Positions 8,905 through 16,613 of a stretch of 54,490 nt of DNA are shown here, piece by piece. How positions within the stretch are numbered: the first letter of the stretch is position 1; the number at the start of each line of letters is the position of its first letter. Made by a program: the position numbers and the translations under genes. The notes below the pieces were generated by a model, which was not told the DNA's origin, searched no databases, and saw nothing but the letters and a program-made list of their open reading frames with translations. Source of the stretch: a virus (Duplodnaviria; Caudoviricetes); the IMG/VR virus record IMGVR_UViG_3300036861_000394, positions 1 to 54,490 of that record; one strand, given 5' to 3'.

Positions 8905-10440
8905 TTAGTAGACGAGGTTCGAGCGAGCCTCTTCGGCCGCCGTGATGTACTCGTCGGTCGTGTAGTCGTCGCCCTTGCCCTGTTCCTTCAGGACTTCGAG
9001 CGCGAGCAGATGCAGCTTGGCCGACTCGGCATCAACCGGATCGGTGGACTTGTACGAATTCGTGAACTGCGCGACATCGGCGTCGTCCGTGAAATCCTGC
9101 GAGCCGCCGGAGCCGCGTGGGGTTCCGTTGATCTTGCTGAAGCCCTCCGGCCGCGAGGCGATCAGGGACTTGAGGCCCTTCACGTTGTCCGCGAACAAAT
9201 CGGCGAGCTTGTCCTTCTCGACCGGGAGGACGCGGCCCTTCTCGACCGCCTTGGCGAGGAAGACCTCGATATCGCGGGAACGGTCGCGCCGCTCTAGATC
9301 CTCGATGCGTTCGTTGAGCTTCTCGGACTCCTTGACCTTGGCCGTGAGCGTCGTGATGTTCTCTTCGAGTGCGAGGATCTGCCCGTCCTTGTCGTTCAGG
9401 GCGGCGTTGATCTTCTTCTGAGGATCTGCGGTCTCGTCGAGGCCGAGGATCTTCAGATAGTCCGTGACCTTCTCGGCCATGGTGTTCTCCTGTTCGGGTT
9501 CGTCCTGTTCGTCTGACTCCTCGTCGTCGGAGGAGGAGTCCTTGAGTTCGTCATCGAGTTTTGCGAGCACCGTCTCTTCGTCGGCGTCTTCGGGAAGGCC
9601 GAGCTTGACGGCAAGTGTCTTTAGTTCCACTTCCGCTCCTTGCGTGATTTCGGGATCGTTGTCGGTGCCGAGAACGGCGCGAGCGAGCTTTTGAACTCGC
9701 TCATCTTCGCTACCGAGTCCGGCGAGAATGAAATGGACGAAGTCAGAGCCGTACTGGTCGGCCAGGCCATTCAGTTGCTTCGCGTCGAGCAGGTCGCGCG
9801 CGGTGACGGCCGCGAGGTCCTCGAAGAAGGGCCGGTTCGTCAACGTCGCTGCGCCTAGCTCCTTCAGCTTCGTCATCAGGCCGCTGCGAGGATGGGTCTC
9901 GGCCATCGCCCACTCGGGGCTGATGAATCGGAAATCGCCGTCGCGGATCTCCTGCACCGCGGTCGGCGTCCATTTGACCTCGGCCCAGACGGACGGGCGC
10001 TCTTGCACGCCTCCATCTGGATTCTTCTCGTTCTCTCGAACGACGATGGCCTCACCAGTGAACCAGCCGGCAGCGCGCGTATCGCCGTCTCCGCCACCGT
10101 GGTCGCGGTCAATGGGGATACGGTTGGGATTCTCGCCAATGTAGGCCGCGAGCGTGTCGAGATCCTCGGCCGTGATCGTGAAGTACCAACGGCCGTTTCG
10201 CGCCTTCTCGGCGGTCGGCATGACCTCGATCCAGGAGCGCCCCTCGGCGTCGATCTTGGTCGCGGCGATCTCGACTGAGCCGCGCATCGTGTTAGCCACG
10301 TCTGCTCCAGTGGGAAGGTCGCCTATGGCGAGTCCCTGTTTGATTGCCTTCTTCTTCGCGCCCGGCCCCGTATAGCAGCGTCCGGATTCTCCCCATCGCC
10401 AGCCGCCCTTGCCGTTGCTCTGGCACTCCTGAAGGGGCAT
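8905..10440 (-). CDS. Prohead protease / scaffold fusion (Mu gpI-like)
   Basis: PID.DH, AAGW, V.WT..A...I....FRFISPE, ATLTNRPF; acidic coiled-coil C-terminus. Confidence 0.9.
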   Translation of the reverse strand: MPLQECQSNGKGGWRWGESGRCYTGPGAKKKAIKQGLAIGDLPTGADVANTMRGSVEIAATKIDAEGRSWIEVMPTAEKARNGRWYFTITAEDLDTLAAYIGENPNRIPIDRDHGGGDGDTRAAGWFTGEAIVVRENEKNPDGGVQERPSVWAEVKWTPTAVQEIRDGDFRFISPEWAMAETHPRSGLMTKLKELGAATLTNRPFFEDLAAVTARDLLDAKQLNGLADQYGSDFVHFILAGLGSEDERVQKLARAVLGTDNDPEITQGAEVELKTLAVKLGLPEDADEETVLAKLDDELKDSSSDDEESDEQDEPEQENTMAEKVTDYLKILGLDETADPQKKINAALNDKDGQILALEENITTLTAKVKESEKLNERIEDLERRDRSRDIEVFLAKAVEKGRVLPVEKDKLADLFADNVKGLKSLIASRPEGFSKINGTPRGSGGSQDFTDDADVAQFTNSYKSTDPVDAESAKLHLLALEVLKEQGKGDDYTTDEYITAAEEARSNLVY

Positions 10441-10443
10441 GGC

Positions 10444-10587
10444 CTAGCTCTGCTGGCCGCGGTAGGCTTCGAGAAGCCCGCCGTAACCGAACGAATCCAG
10501 CATCGTCGTGATTGCGGCTAGCTGGGCTTCCAGCTCGGCCACGCGCTTTTCGAGCTTGCTCGGCGATTGTTTCTTCGGATCTGCCAT
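10444..10587 (-). CDS. Small coiled-coil protein (47 aa)
   Basis: Hand-translated MADPKKQSPSKLEKRVAELEAQLAAITTMLDSFGYGG...; coupled to the upstream stop. Confidence 0.6.
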   Translation of the reverse strand: MADPKKQSPSKLEKRVAELEAQLAAITTMLDSFGYGGLLEAYRGQQS

Positions 10588-10901
10588 TAGAGGATGAAGC
10601 TCCGTCCTTCGTAGGAGTAGTAAAGAACTTGTATCGCGGCACTGCCCATCACATAGGCGCGGAAACGAGATAGTCCGCCGGAAGGAGCCCCGCCACCATC
10701 AATGCGGAAAGGCGGGTCCGCGCCAGAGAGCAATATTCCAGAGCTAGCCGTCAACATGATGCTTGCCGTCTCGGACCAGCGAACGGTTCCGCCATCTACG
10801 CGAATGACTGCATTGTCGGCGCCACTCGGAATCGAGGCGAGTCCGATGACAATGCCGCTCGCACCGGAGGCCGTCTCGATGAAGTTCAGGGGTCGTGCCA
10901 C
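10587..10901 (-). CDS. Putative virion structural protein
   Basis: A.I.V.GG.VRW....T.SSG..L pattern of small beta-sandwich phage proteins; SD GGAG. Confidence 0.65.
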   Translation of the reverse strand: MARPLNFIETASGASGIVIGLASIPSGADNAVIRVDGGTVRWSETASIMLTASSGILLSGADPPFRIDGGGAPSGGLSRFRAYVMGSAAIQVLYYSYEGRSFIL

Positions 10902-10984
10902 GCTAGTCTCCTACCGGATTGGTTGCGGCGCCAGGATTGGGCCGATTGGATCTCGCTGCCCTCCGTCGGGCCGATGCTTTTCCA

Positions 10985-11803
10985 CTATGCCGCCTTCCTG
11001 ATTCGCGCTAGCTCGTCCACAGTCGGCTCTGGCGCGCGCACGTCGCCCGGCCCGTAGCCGAAGACCATCAGACCCCGGCAACGTCCGCCGCCGTAGCAAT
11101 CGGTCGGAGGCAAGTGGCTGAAGTAGGCATCCGAGCCGACCTCGTAAATCTCGCCGTGCGCGCGGACGCAGCCGTCACAAGTTGCCTTGTCTAGCTGCTC
11201 GCTTCGCAGAGCAAACTCGGGCGGGTTCTTCATTGCCATCGCGCCCGCGGTGCGACCGAGATTGAGTGTCTCGCCGACGAGTTCCAGGACGTGGTTGTGA
11301 AGTGTCTTCAGCGCGGCGACCGATGCGACCGTGACCAACGTGACCACATCGCGCTCGGGCGAGTCGGCGACTGCGGCCGTGGCGGAGGTCCCGATCTCAT
11401 AGGCCGTCTGCTTGGCACGATGCTGGATGAGCGCCACGATCCCGGCTACCCCGTGTCTGGCGAGCCGCGCGTAGTGACCGGCGTCGGGGATGGAGTAGGC
11501 AAGGATCGGCTCGGTAGGTACGTATTTCTGCCGGGACGATGCGTCCAACTTCCGCAGTTCCGCCTGCGCCGAGCGATAGCCGAAATGAAGTACCCGGCTG
11601 AGCTCGGTCTGAAGGCGCCGCTCGAGCGTGTCGAGCGCGGCCAGCGGCAGCAGGCGCAGGCTGGCGACGAGGTAGGCGATCCGTTTCGTCGATGGAGTCG
11701 CGCCGGACTCGACGTACATGCGCTCGAAGATGATTACGGCGTTATGGGCTTGGAAGTCAACCTGCCGTTCGGCGAGGGTGAGCGGGACCCGGGGCTGGAA
11801 CAC
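10985..11803 (-). CDS. Head morphogenesis / minor capsid protein (Mu gpF-like)
   Basis: C-terminal LD..TC..C...HG...PP..C.GG.RCR motif. Confidence 0.7.
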   Translation of the reverse strand: MFQPRVPLTLAERQVDFQAHNAVIIFERMYVESGATPSTKRIAYLVASLRLLPLAALDTLERRLQTELSRVLHFGYRSAQAELRKLDASSRQKYVPTEPILAYSIPDAGHYARLARHGVAGIVALIQHRAKQTAYEIGTSATAAVADSPERDVVTLVTVASVAALKTLHNHVLELVGETLNLGRTAGAMAMKNPPEFALRSEQLDKATCDGCVRAHGEIYEVGSDAYFSHLPPTDCYGGGRCRGLMVFGYGPGDVRAPEPTVDELARIRKAA

Positions 11804-12115
11804 CTAGAGGACGAAGCTCTGATCGACGTCGAAGTACCATTCCTCCGCCGCCTGAATCCCGCCCGTCCCGATCGAGCGGTAGTACCAGCGCCCGTAGTTG
11901 TCGACCGTAATGTCCTTGTAGTAGGCGCCGGTCGGGACGCGAGTGATCGAGGCACCGCCTACGCCGAACGCATAGCAGGCGACCGTGGTGGCCGGACTCT
12001 TGACGAGAAAGATGATCGTCGACGGATCGGCCGGGGTGACGAGATCGGTGGAGACGTAGGTGGCGATCAGGCGGACTAAATCGCCCACGTCGTAACGGCC
12101 TAGGCTTGCTGGCAC
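11804..12115 (-). CDS. Putative structural Ig-like protein
   Basis: YDVGD.VRL, DP, TG.YY.D, G.W.Y...G.G pattern. Confidence 0.65.
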   Translation of the reverse strand: MPASLGRYDVGDLVRLIATYVSTDLVTPADPSTIIFLVKSPATTVACYAFGVGGASITRVPTGAYYKDITVDNYGRWYYRSIGTGGIQAAEEWYFDVDQSFVL

Positions 12116-13285
12116 TTAGACCCCCGGAGTGTCGGCGAGTGCGGCGTCATTGACGAGGGCGCCGCTGGTCGTTACGCCCATTCGCTCCTCGTCCGAGAGT
12201 CCAACCTCGTGGACGCTGCGAGCGCCGAGCGTAACGGACATCATCGCGCCATCGAAGAGCGCCAGGTGATAGACGACTCGGTCGCTCAGTGTGACCGATC
12301 CGAATGCGCTCGCGAACATTACGGTTCCGACCGTAGCGGTACCGAACTCCTCGCGCGAGGGGATCGACTGGACGAAGACGATCTGCGGGCTCTTGGTCGG
12401 AGTCCCGAACGCCTCGCGGCTGACGATCCCTACGACTTGGACGAGCCGGACGAGCTTCGTTACCCCGAAGGACTCGCGGGTGACGATCCCACCAACGTTG
12501 GCGACCAGGCGAGAGAGTGTGGTCGAGCCGAACGCTTGCAGGGTCGGAATCGCACCCGCGTTCTTGACCAGCCGGGTCAGATTGGCCGATCCGAACGCTT
12601 CCGCCGAAGGGATCTGCCCGACGCCCGTGACGAAGACGAGGCCGAAGGAGACCGTCGCCGTTCCGAACGCCTCGCCCGTGGTGATGCCACCCGCGAGCTT
12701 GACGAGCCGAACGACGTTCGTGGAGCCGAACGCCTCACGCGAGTCGATTTGGCCCGCGCCGGTTACGACCTTCTTCGAGAGATCGGCGGTGCCGAACGCC
12801 TCGCCGGAAGTGATCGCCCCGGCGTTCTTGATGAGGCGAATGACGTTCGGAATCCCGAACGCTTCCTGAGATCCGATTCCCGTTCGGACCTGAACGTAGA
12901 TCAGGCGCGGAGTGCCGAAGGCTTCGCTTGTCGAGATCGCGCCCGCGTTGGCAACGAGTCGAACTACTCGGGTCGTGCCGAAGGATTCCGAGCTCGGGAT
13001 TGCGCCGGCCAGCTTGACCTGGCGCGTTACCCTCGTCGTACCGAATGCTTCCCTGGTGGAGATCGCGCCCGCATTGAAGATGAGCCGGGTGAGCCTGGTT
13101 GTTCCGAAGCTCTCGCCGGAGGCGATCGCCCCTGAGTTCTTGACGAGCCTCGTGAGTCTCGTCGATGCGCCGAATGCCTCAGCGGAGGAAATCTGCCCAG
13201 CACCGGTGACCGTCTGAGTTGCAGGCCCGCCGTCTGCTTGCTGCTGGCCCGCGCCCGGAAGGAGTGGCCCCCACCAGGGATGCAT
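12116..13285 (-). CDS. Repeat protein, about 14 copies of a ~21-aa GxIxSxEAFG repeat; putative fibre
   Basis: Repeats are directly visible in the translation. Confidence 0.8.
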   Translation of the reverse strand: MHPWWGPLLPGAGQQQADGGPATQTVTGAGQISSAEAFGASTRLTRLVKNSGAIASGESFGTTRLTRLIFNAGAISTREAFGTTRVTRQVKLAGAIPSSESFGTTRVVRLVANAGAISTSEAFGTPRLIYVQVRTGIGSQEAFGIPNVIRLIKNAGAITSGEAFGTADLSKKVVTGAGQIDSREAFGSTNVVRLVKLAGGITTGEAFGTATVSFGLVFVTGVGQIPSAEAFGSANLTRLVKNAGAIPTLQAFGSTTLSRLVANVGGIVTRESFGVTKLVRLVQVVGIVSREAFGTPTKSPQIVFVQSIPSREEFGTATVGTVMFASAFGSVTLSDRVVYHLALFDGAMMSVTLGARSVHEVGLSDEERMGVTTSGALVNDAALADTPGV

Positions 13286-13630
13286 TTAAGCGATCTTTCT
13301 AATCGACCAGGGGTAGGCCCTCCCAGTACCGGCTGTCTGCTTCAGCGTCACGTCCCAACCATTCATCAGCACGAGTGCCGGCGAGACCCAGAGATTGTCA
13401 TCGGCCGAAGGATCGTGGGCGAGCACGGCTTTGAGACAAGTGCGCTGCGTATCTCCCGTCCGTGCCTTCTCCTTGACGCGGATCTCAGTGATGTCGCCGA
13501 GCGCCATCGCATCGATGTCGATGAAGACCTGATAGATGCCGTCAGTCGTCTCGGGAGTCGTCGTATTCAATGTGTGCTCGGTATTGATCGTCGCCGTCTG
13601 CGAGCCGGTTACATGCTCGGTGATCGCCAT
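13286..13630 (-). CDS. Putative structural protein
   Basis: Thr-rich, beta-type 114 aa; coupled to its neighbours. Confidence 0.7.
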   Translation of the reverse strand: MAITEHVTGSQTATINTEHTLNTTTPETTDGIYQVFIDIDAMALGDITEIRVKEKARTGDTQRTCLKAVLAHDPSADDNLWVSPALVLMNGWDVTLKQTAGTGRAYPWSIRKIA

Positions 13631-14283
13631 TAGACAGTCAGCCGATCGTTATGCATTCCGAGATGATTAGCCTGCTCGATCGTCAAGGCAGGCGCTCCCC
13701 ATGCCTCCTCATCACCGACCAGAGCGTGATGCGGTCCGCAGCCGGTGAACGAAGTGGCCGTCTTGCCTGTATAGGTGACCTGGTGATCGTCCTTGCCATC
13801 CACGAAATCGGTGAGCTTGAACGAGCCCGAGCTGGGGAACCCGTCCGTCTCGTTGACGTTGATCGTCGCCGAGTCTGCGGCGTGTACTCCGACGACGAGC
13901 GCGTAGGGAACGCCGTAGATGACGTCGCCATCGCTCAAGGCGAGATGCCCTCCGCATTGCAGGAAGGAGGTGGCCGTCTTCCCTGTATGCCAACAGAAGC
14001 CACCCTTGATGTAGATGTAGCCATCTGTCGAGAAACCAGCCGTTGAGATGACGTTGATTACCGTGGAATCAAGGGCATTGGCACCATTAGAGGTGGTCTG
14101 ACCGGTGAAGGGATCGATTATCAACACATTTGAGCTCGTATCGCCACTCGCGTACACGAGTCCCAGCGTGTCGATCTGAAAGCCCATGCCGAACGCGTGC
14201 TCGAACACGCGCGCCAGGCCGCGATAACACTCTGCTCGATCTACGAAGGGAGTATTGTCGAGGTAGTAGAAGGTGTTGTACAT
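13630..14283 (-). CDS. Putative virion protein with two internal repeats
   Basis: Two copies of INV..T.GF...G ... TGKTATSF..CG.H.AL. Confidence 0.7.
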   Translation of the reverse strand: MYNTFYYLDNTPFVDRAECYRGLARVFEHAFGMGFQIDTLGLVYASGDTSSNVLIIDPFTGQTTSNGANALDSTVINVISTAGFSTDGYIYIKGGFCWHTGKTATSFLQCGGHLALSDGDVIYGVPYALVVGVHAADSATINVNETDGFPSSGSFKLTDFVDGKDDHQVTYTGKTATSFTGCGPHHALVGDEEAWGAPALTIEQANHLGMHNDRLTV

Positions 14284-14289
14284 CTCGAC

Positions 14290-15141
14290 TCAATAGAGCC
14301 CATAGAGACCAGCGTCGAAGGTCTGCGCATCTGTGCCCGACTGCTCGACCCGCACCTGAAGCTGAGTCCCGGACGGAATCTGCCCGAAGTAGGGAAGAGG
14401 CGGTATCGGCCCGGAGACCATCTCCGTCGTGTTCGTCCCCATGTAGTACTCCATCAGCGTCGTCGAGGAGTAGCCGATCTCGAAGTGGTAGGCGATCGAA
14501 GTAGTGGTCGTGTCAGCAAGCGTCCCCCCGATCCCGAGCAGAAGTCCGCTATAGGGCTGAGAGGTCGTGGAGCCGACGTTGAACCAGGCCGACTCATTGC
14601 CGCCACCTGTCGTAACGGGCGTGATCGTAGTTCCGTTAGAAGCCCCAGCGGAGGTGATGCCATAGGCATCGGCGCCCCGGAAAGTAGCCCACGCGATTCC
14701 GTCCGCGCCGCCGAAGAGCCAACAACTGACCGAGACGGTGTCGCTGGCGGTATTGGACTGACAGCGGGCCGAGAGGCGCACGCCCTTGGGGAGAAAGAGC
14801 GGCAGCACAAACTGCTTCGGCATCAAGGCCGATGCGGCCGGCACCGACGACCAGCCCGCGAGATAGTTGGGGATGATGACTTGCTCGGAGCCGCCGCCGG
14901 AAGTGCCAATACCGATGTCGACCAGGAAATCCGTGCGCGTCGCGGAAAGAAACGAATTGTGGAAGACGAAGTAGGCGAGACAGTTCTCGTAGGGCACGGG
15001 ATCGACCAACGAGGCCCAAGAGCCTTTGACGTTCGCGGCCCCGGCAGTGAGAACGGTGCCGGGATTGTTGATGCCTGGCGTCGCCGTCAGGTTGTGGACT
15101 GGCGCGTTGCCAAGTATCGAAGGGGCAATCGCCAGGCTCAT
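14290..15141 (-). CDS. Putative structural protein with two related beta-domains
   Basis: GT.(L/I)T....N....W and (L/I)P.G..L..R.(.)QS motifs occur twice; ATG 15141 follows the upstream stop. Confidence 0.7.
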   Translation of the reverse strand: MSLAIAPSILGNAPVHNLTATPGINNPGTVLTAGAANVKGSWASLVDPVPYENCLAYFVFHNSFLSATRTDFLVDIGIGTSGGGSEQVIIPNYLAGWSSVPAASALMPKQFVLPLFLPKGVRLSARCQSNTASDTVSVSCWLFGGADGIAWATFRGADAYGITSAGASNGTTITPVTTGGGNESAWFNVGSTTSQPYSGLLLGIGGTLADTTTTSIAYHFEIGYSSTTLMEYYMGTNTTEMVSGPIPPLPYFGQIPSGTQLQVRVEQSGTDAQTFDAGLYGLY

Positions 15142-15148
15142 CGAGCTA

Positions 15149-15586
15149 TCACAACTTGAAAATCTTATTAGCCCCTGCGTCCCAGGCCACGGAAACATCG
15201 CCGCCATTCGGGAGGAAGGGCAATCCCGTAGCTACGCCGATATAGCCGATGAGCAGGCTCGTATTCGAGGCATTCGTCTGATTGACGAGCACGAGCCCGT
15301 CAGCAGTCGCGGCGCCGCTCGAGCCGACTCCCGTGAAGGTGATGTCGTCCGCGTCGGCAACGCCCGCCGTCGTCGTCTTGTTGGCAAGCGCGACGAGCGC
15401 GGATTTCCACATGTTGCCAGTAAGGGGGATGTCGGAGAGAAAGACGTTTGCCGCCTGGCTCAGGTTGTAGGACGAGATGATGTAAGCGACGATAGAGGCC
15501 GGGACCGATCCCGCCTTCCAACCGCCGGAGGCGACGAGAAACATCTCCCTTCCTGAATCAAAAAGTCCGTTAGTCGCGGCAGCCAA
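15149..15586 (-). CDS. Putative structural protein
   Basis: N.L...GRE.FL, GV.DADD.TF, L..YI..ATGLP..PNGGD..V.W....KIFKL pattern. Confidence 0.8.
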   Translation of the reverse strand: MAAATNGLFDSGREMFLVASGGWKAGSVPASIVAYIISSYNLSQAANVFLSDIPLTGNMWKSALVALANKTTTAGVADADDITFTGVGSSGAATADGLVLVNQTNASNTSLLIGYIGVATGLPFLPNGGDVSVAWDAGANKIFKL

Positions 15587-15629
15587 TTTGCGTCCTTTGG
15601 TATCCGGCTAGTCCAGTAAAATTCTGAAT

Positions 15630-16103
15630 GTGCCGATGGTCAGAAGAAATTGCTTAATGTGTGGAAAGCCCTTTGAGCGGGCGGTCTGGCCCAGCGAATA
15701 TCGGCACAAGAAGAACCCCGGCCGTTATTGCTCCAGGTCTTGTGCTGCTAAGCAAAAGCGGGGCGGCAAGTATCCGGGCAGAGAAATGATGCAGGCCGCC
15801 GGGCACCCGCTTGGGGGCGAAAGGAATGGCGTAATCTTCGTCTATCGAAAGATACTCTACGACGCGATAGGCCCTGGAAAGCATCCATGCTGCTGGTGCG
15901 GAGAATTGGTGAAATGGACTACGGGCGGCAAGGGAAGGGGCTGTCACGAGGGAGCGTTAGTGGTAGACCATCTCGACGGCGACCGCTACAACAATGCCCT
16001 AAATAATCTCGTCCCGGCTTGTAGTAGCTGCAACACGGCACGCGCCCTGATTCGTCGGTGGACTGAGCGAACAGGTCGCAGTGTCACCGAGCTTCTGTCC
16101 TAG
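15630..16103 (+). CDS. HNH endonuclease with N-terminal Zn-binding domain
   Basis: C..CGKPF...YCSRSC; C.WCG; VDHLDGDR.NN..NNL..AC..CN. Confidence 0.85.
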   Translation: MPMVRRNCLMCGKPFERAVWPSEYRHKKNPGRYCSRSCAAKQKRGGKYPGREMMQAAGHPLGGERNGVIFVYRKILYDAIGPGKHPCCWCGELVKWTTGGKGRGCHEGALVVDHLDGDRYNNALNNLVPACSSCNTARALIRRWTERTGRSVTELLS

Positions 16104-16107
16104 CTAG

Positions 16108-16314
16108 TTACTCCTTGGGATCTGGATCGGTACCGAAGGCGGTTCGAGATTCGATGCCGCCGGCTCCGGTAATCTGAATCGGGGTAGGGGGATGCTCGGT
16201 CTCGCGATGAGCGATGAAGACTTGTCGGCTCAGGAATGACGCGCCACAATCGGGGCATTCAATGGCGAGCGTGTTGCGTACCTTCCAGAGATACCCCGGT
16301 CGCGTGTTCGTCAC
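16108..16314 (-). CDS. C2H2 zinc-finger microprotein
   Basis: CPDCGASFLSRQVFIAHRETEH. Confidence 0.7.
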   Translation of the reverse strand: MTNTRPGYLWKVRNTLAIECPDCGASFLSRQVFIAHRETEHPPTPIQITGAGGIESRTAFGTDPDPKE

Positions 16315-16505
16315 GGCTCATCTCCCAGCCCGTCGATGTGCTCCTGAAACACGAACGCGACGTCCCAGTCGAACCGGATCTGCTCCTCCGGCGAAAGCGG
16401 TGGGTAGTTCTCGGGCGAGATGGCCCGGTCAAGGTGCAGGTCGCGGGCGTGCTCAAGGAACTCGCGGAGCGTGAGGCCGCTGAAGCCCCAGCGATCGACG
16501 CTCAT
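16311..16505 (-). CDS. Hypothetical protein
   Basis: Coupled ORF in the operon. Confidence 0.55.
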   Translation of the reverse strand: MSVDRWGFSGLTLREFLEHARDLHLDRAISPENYPPLSPEEQIRFDWDVAFVFQEHIDGLGDEP

Positions 16506-16613
16506 TCAGCCCGCCCCGATGAAGAAACCTAGGCAGAAGATGAGTACGCCAACGCCCAGGATCTCAAGAGCGCCTATGACCATCTGGCGACGCACCCAGA
16601 TAGGATCATTCAT
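16506..16613 (-). CDS. Small membrane protein (35 aa)
   Basis: Hand-translated MNDPIWVRRQMVIGALEILGVGVLIFCLGFFIGAG; ATGA overlap. Confidence 0.5.
   Translation of the reverse strand: MNDPIWVRRQMVIGALEILGVGVLIFCLGFFIGAG

Noticed and set aside
12116-13285. Diversity-generating retroelement TR/VR pair
   Set aside because: No reverse transcriptase in the genome, and the repeats differ at all base types rather than only at adenines
11291-15159. Long plus-strand ORFs (11291, 12209, 14197) and similar ones elsewhere
   Set aside because: Antisense shadows of clear minus-strand genes in high-GC DNA, with no SD or recognisable motifs
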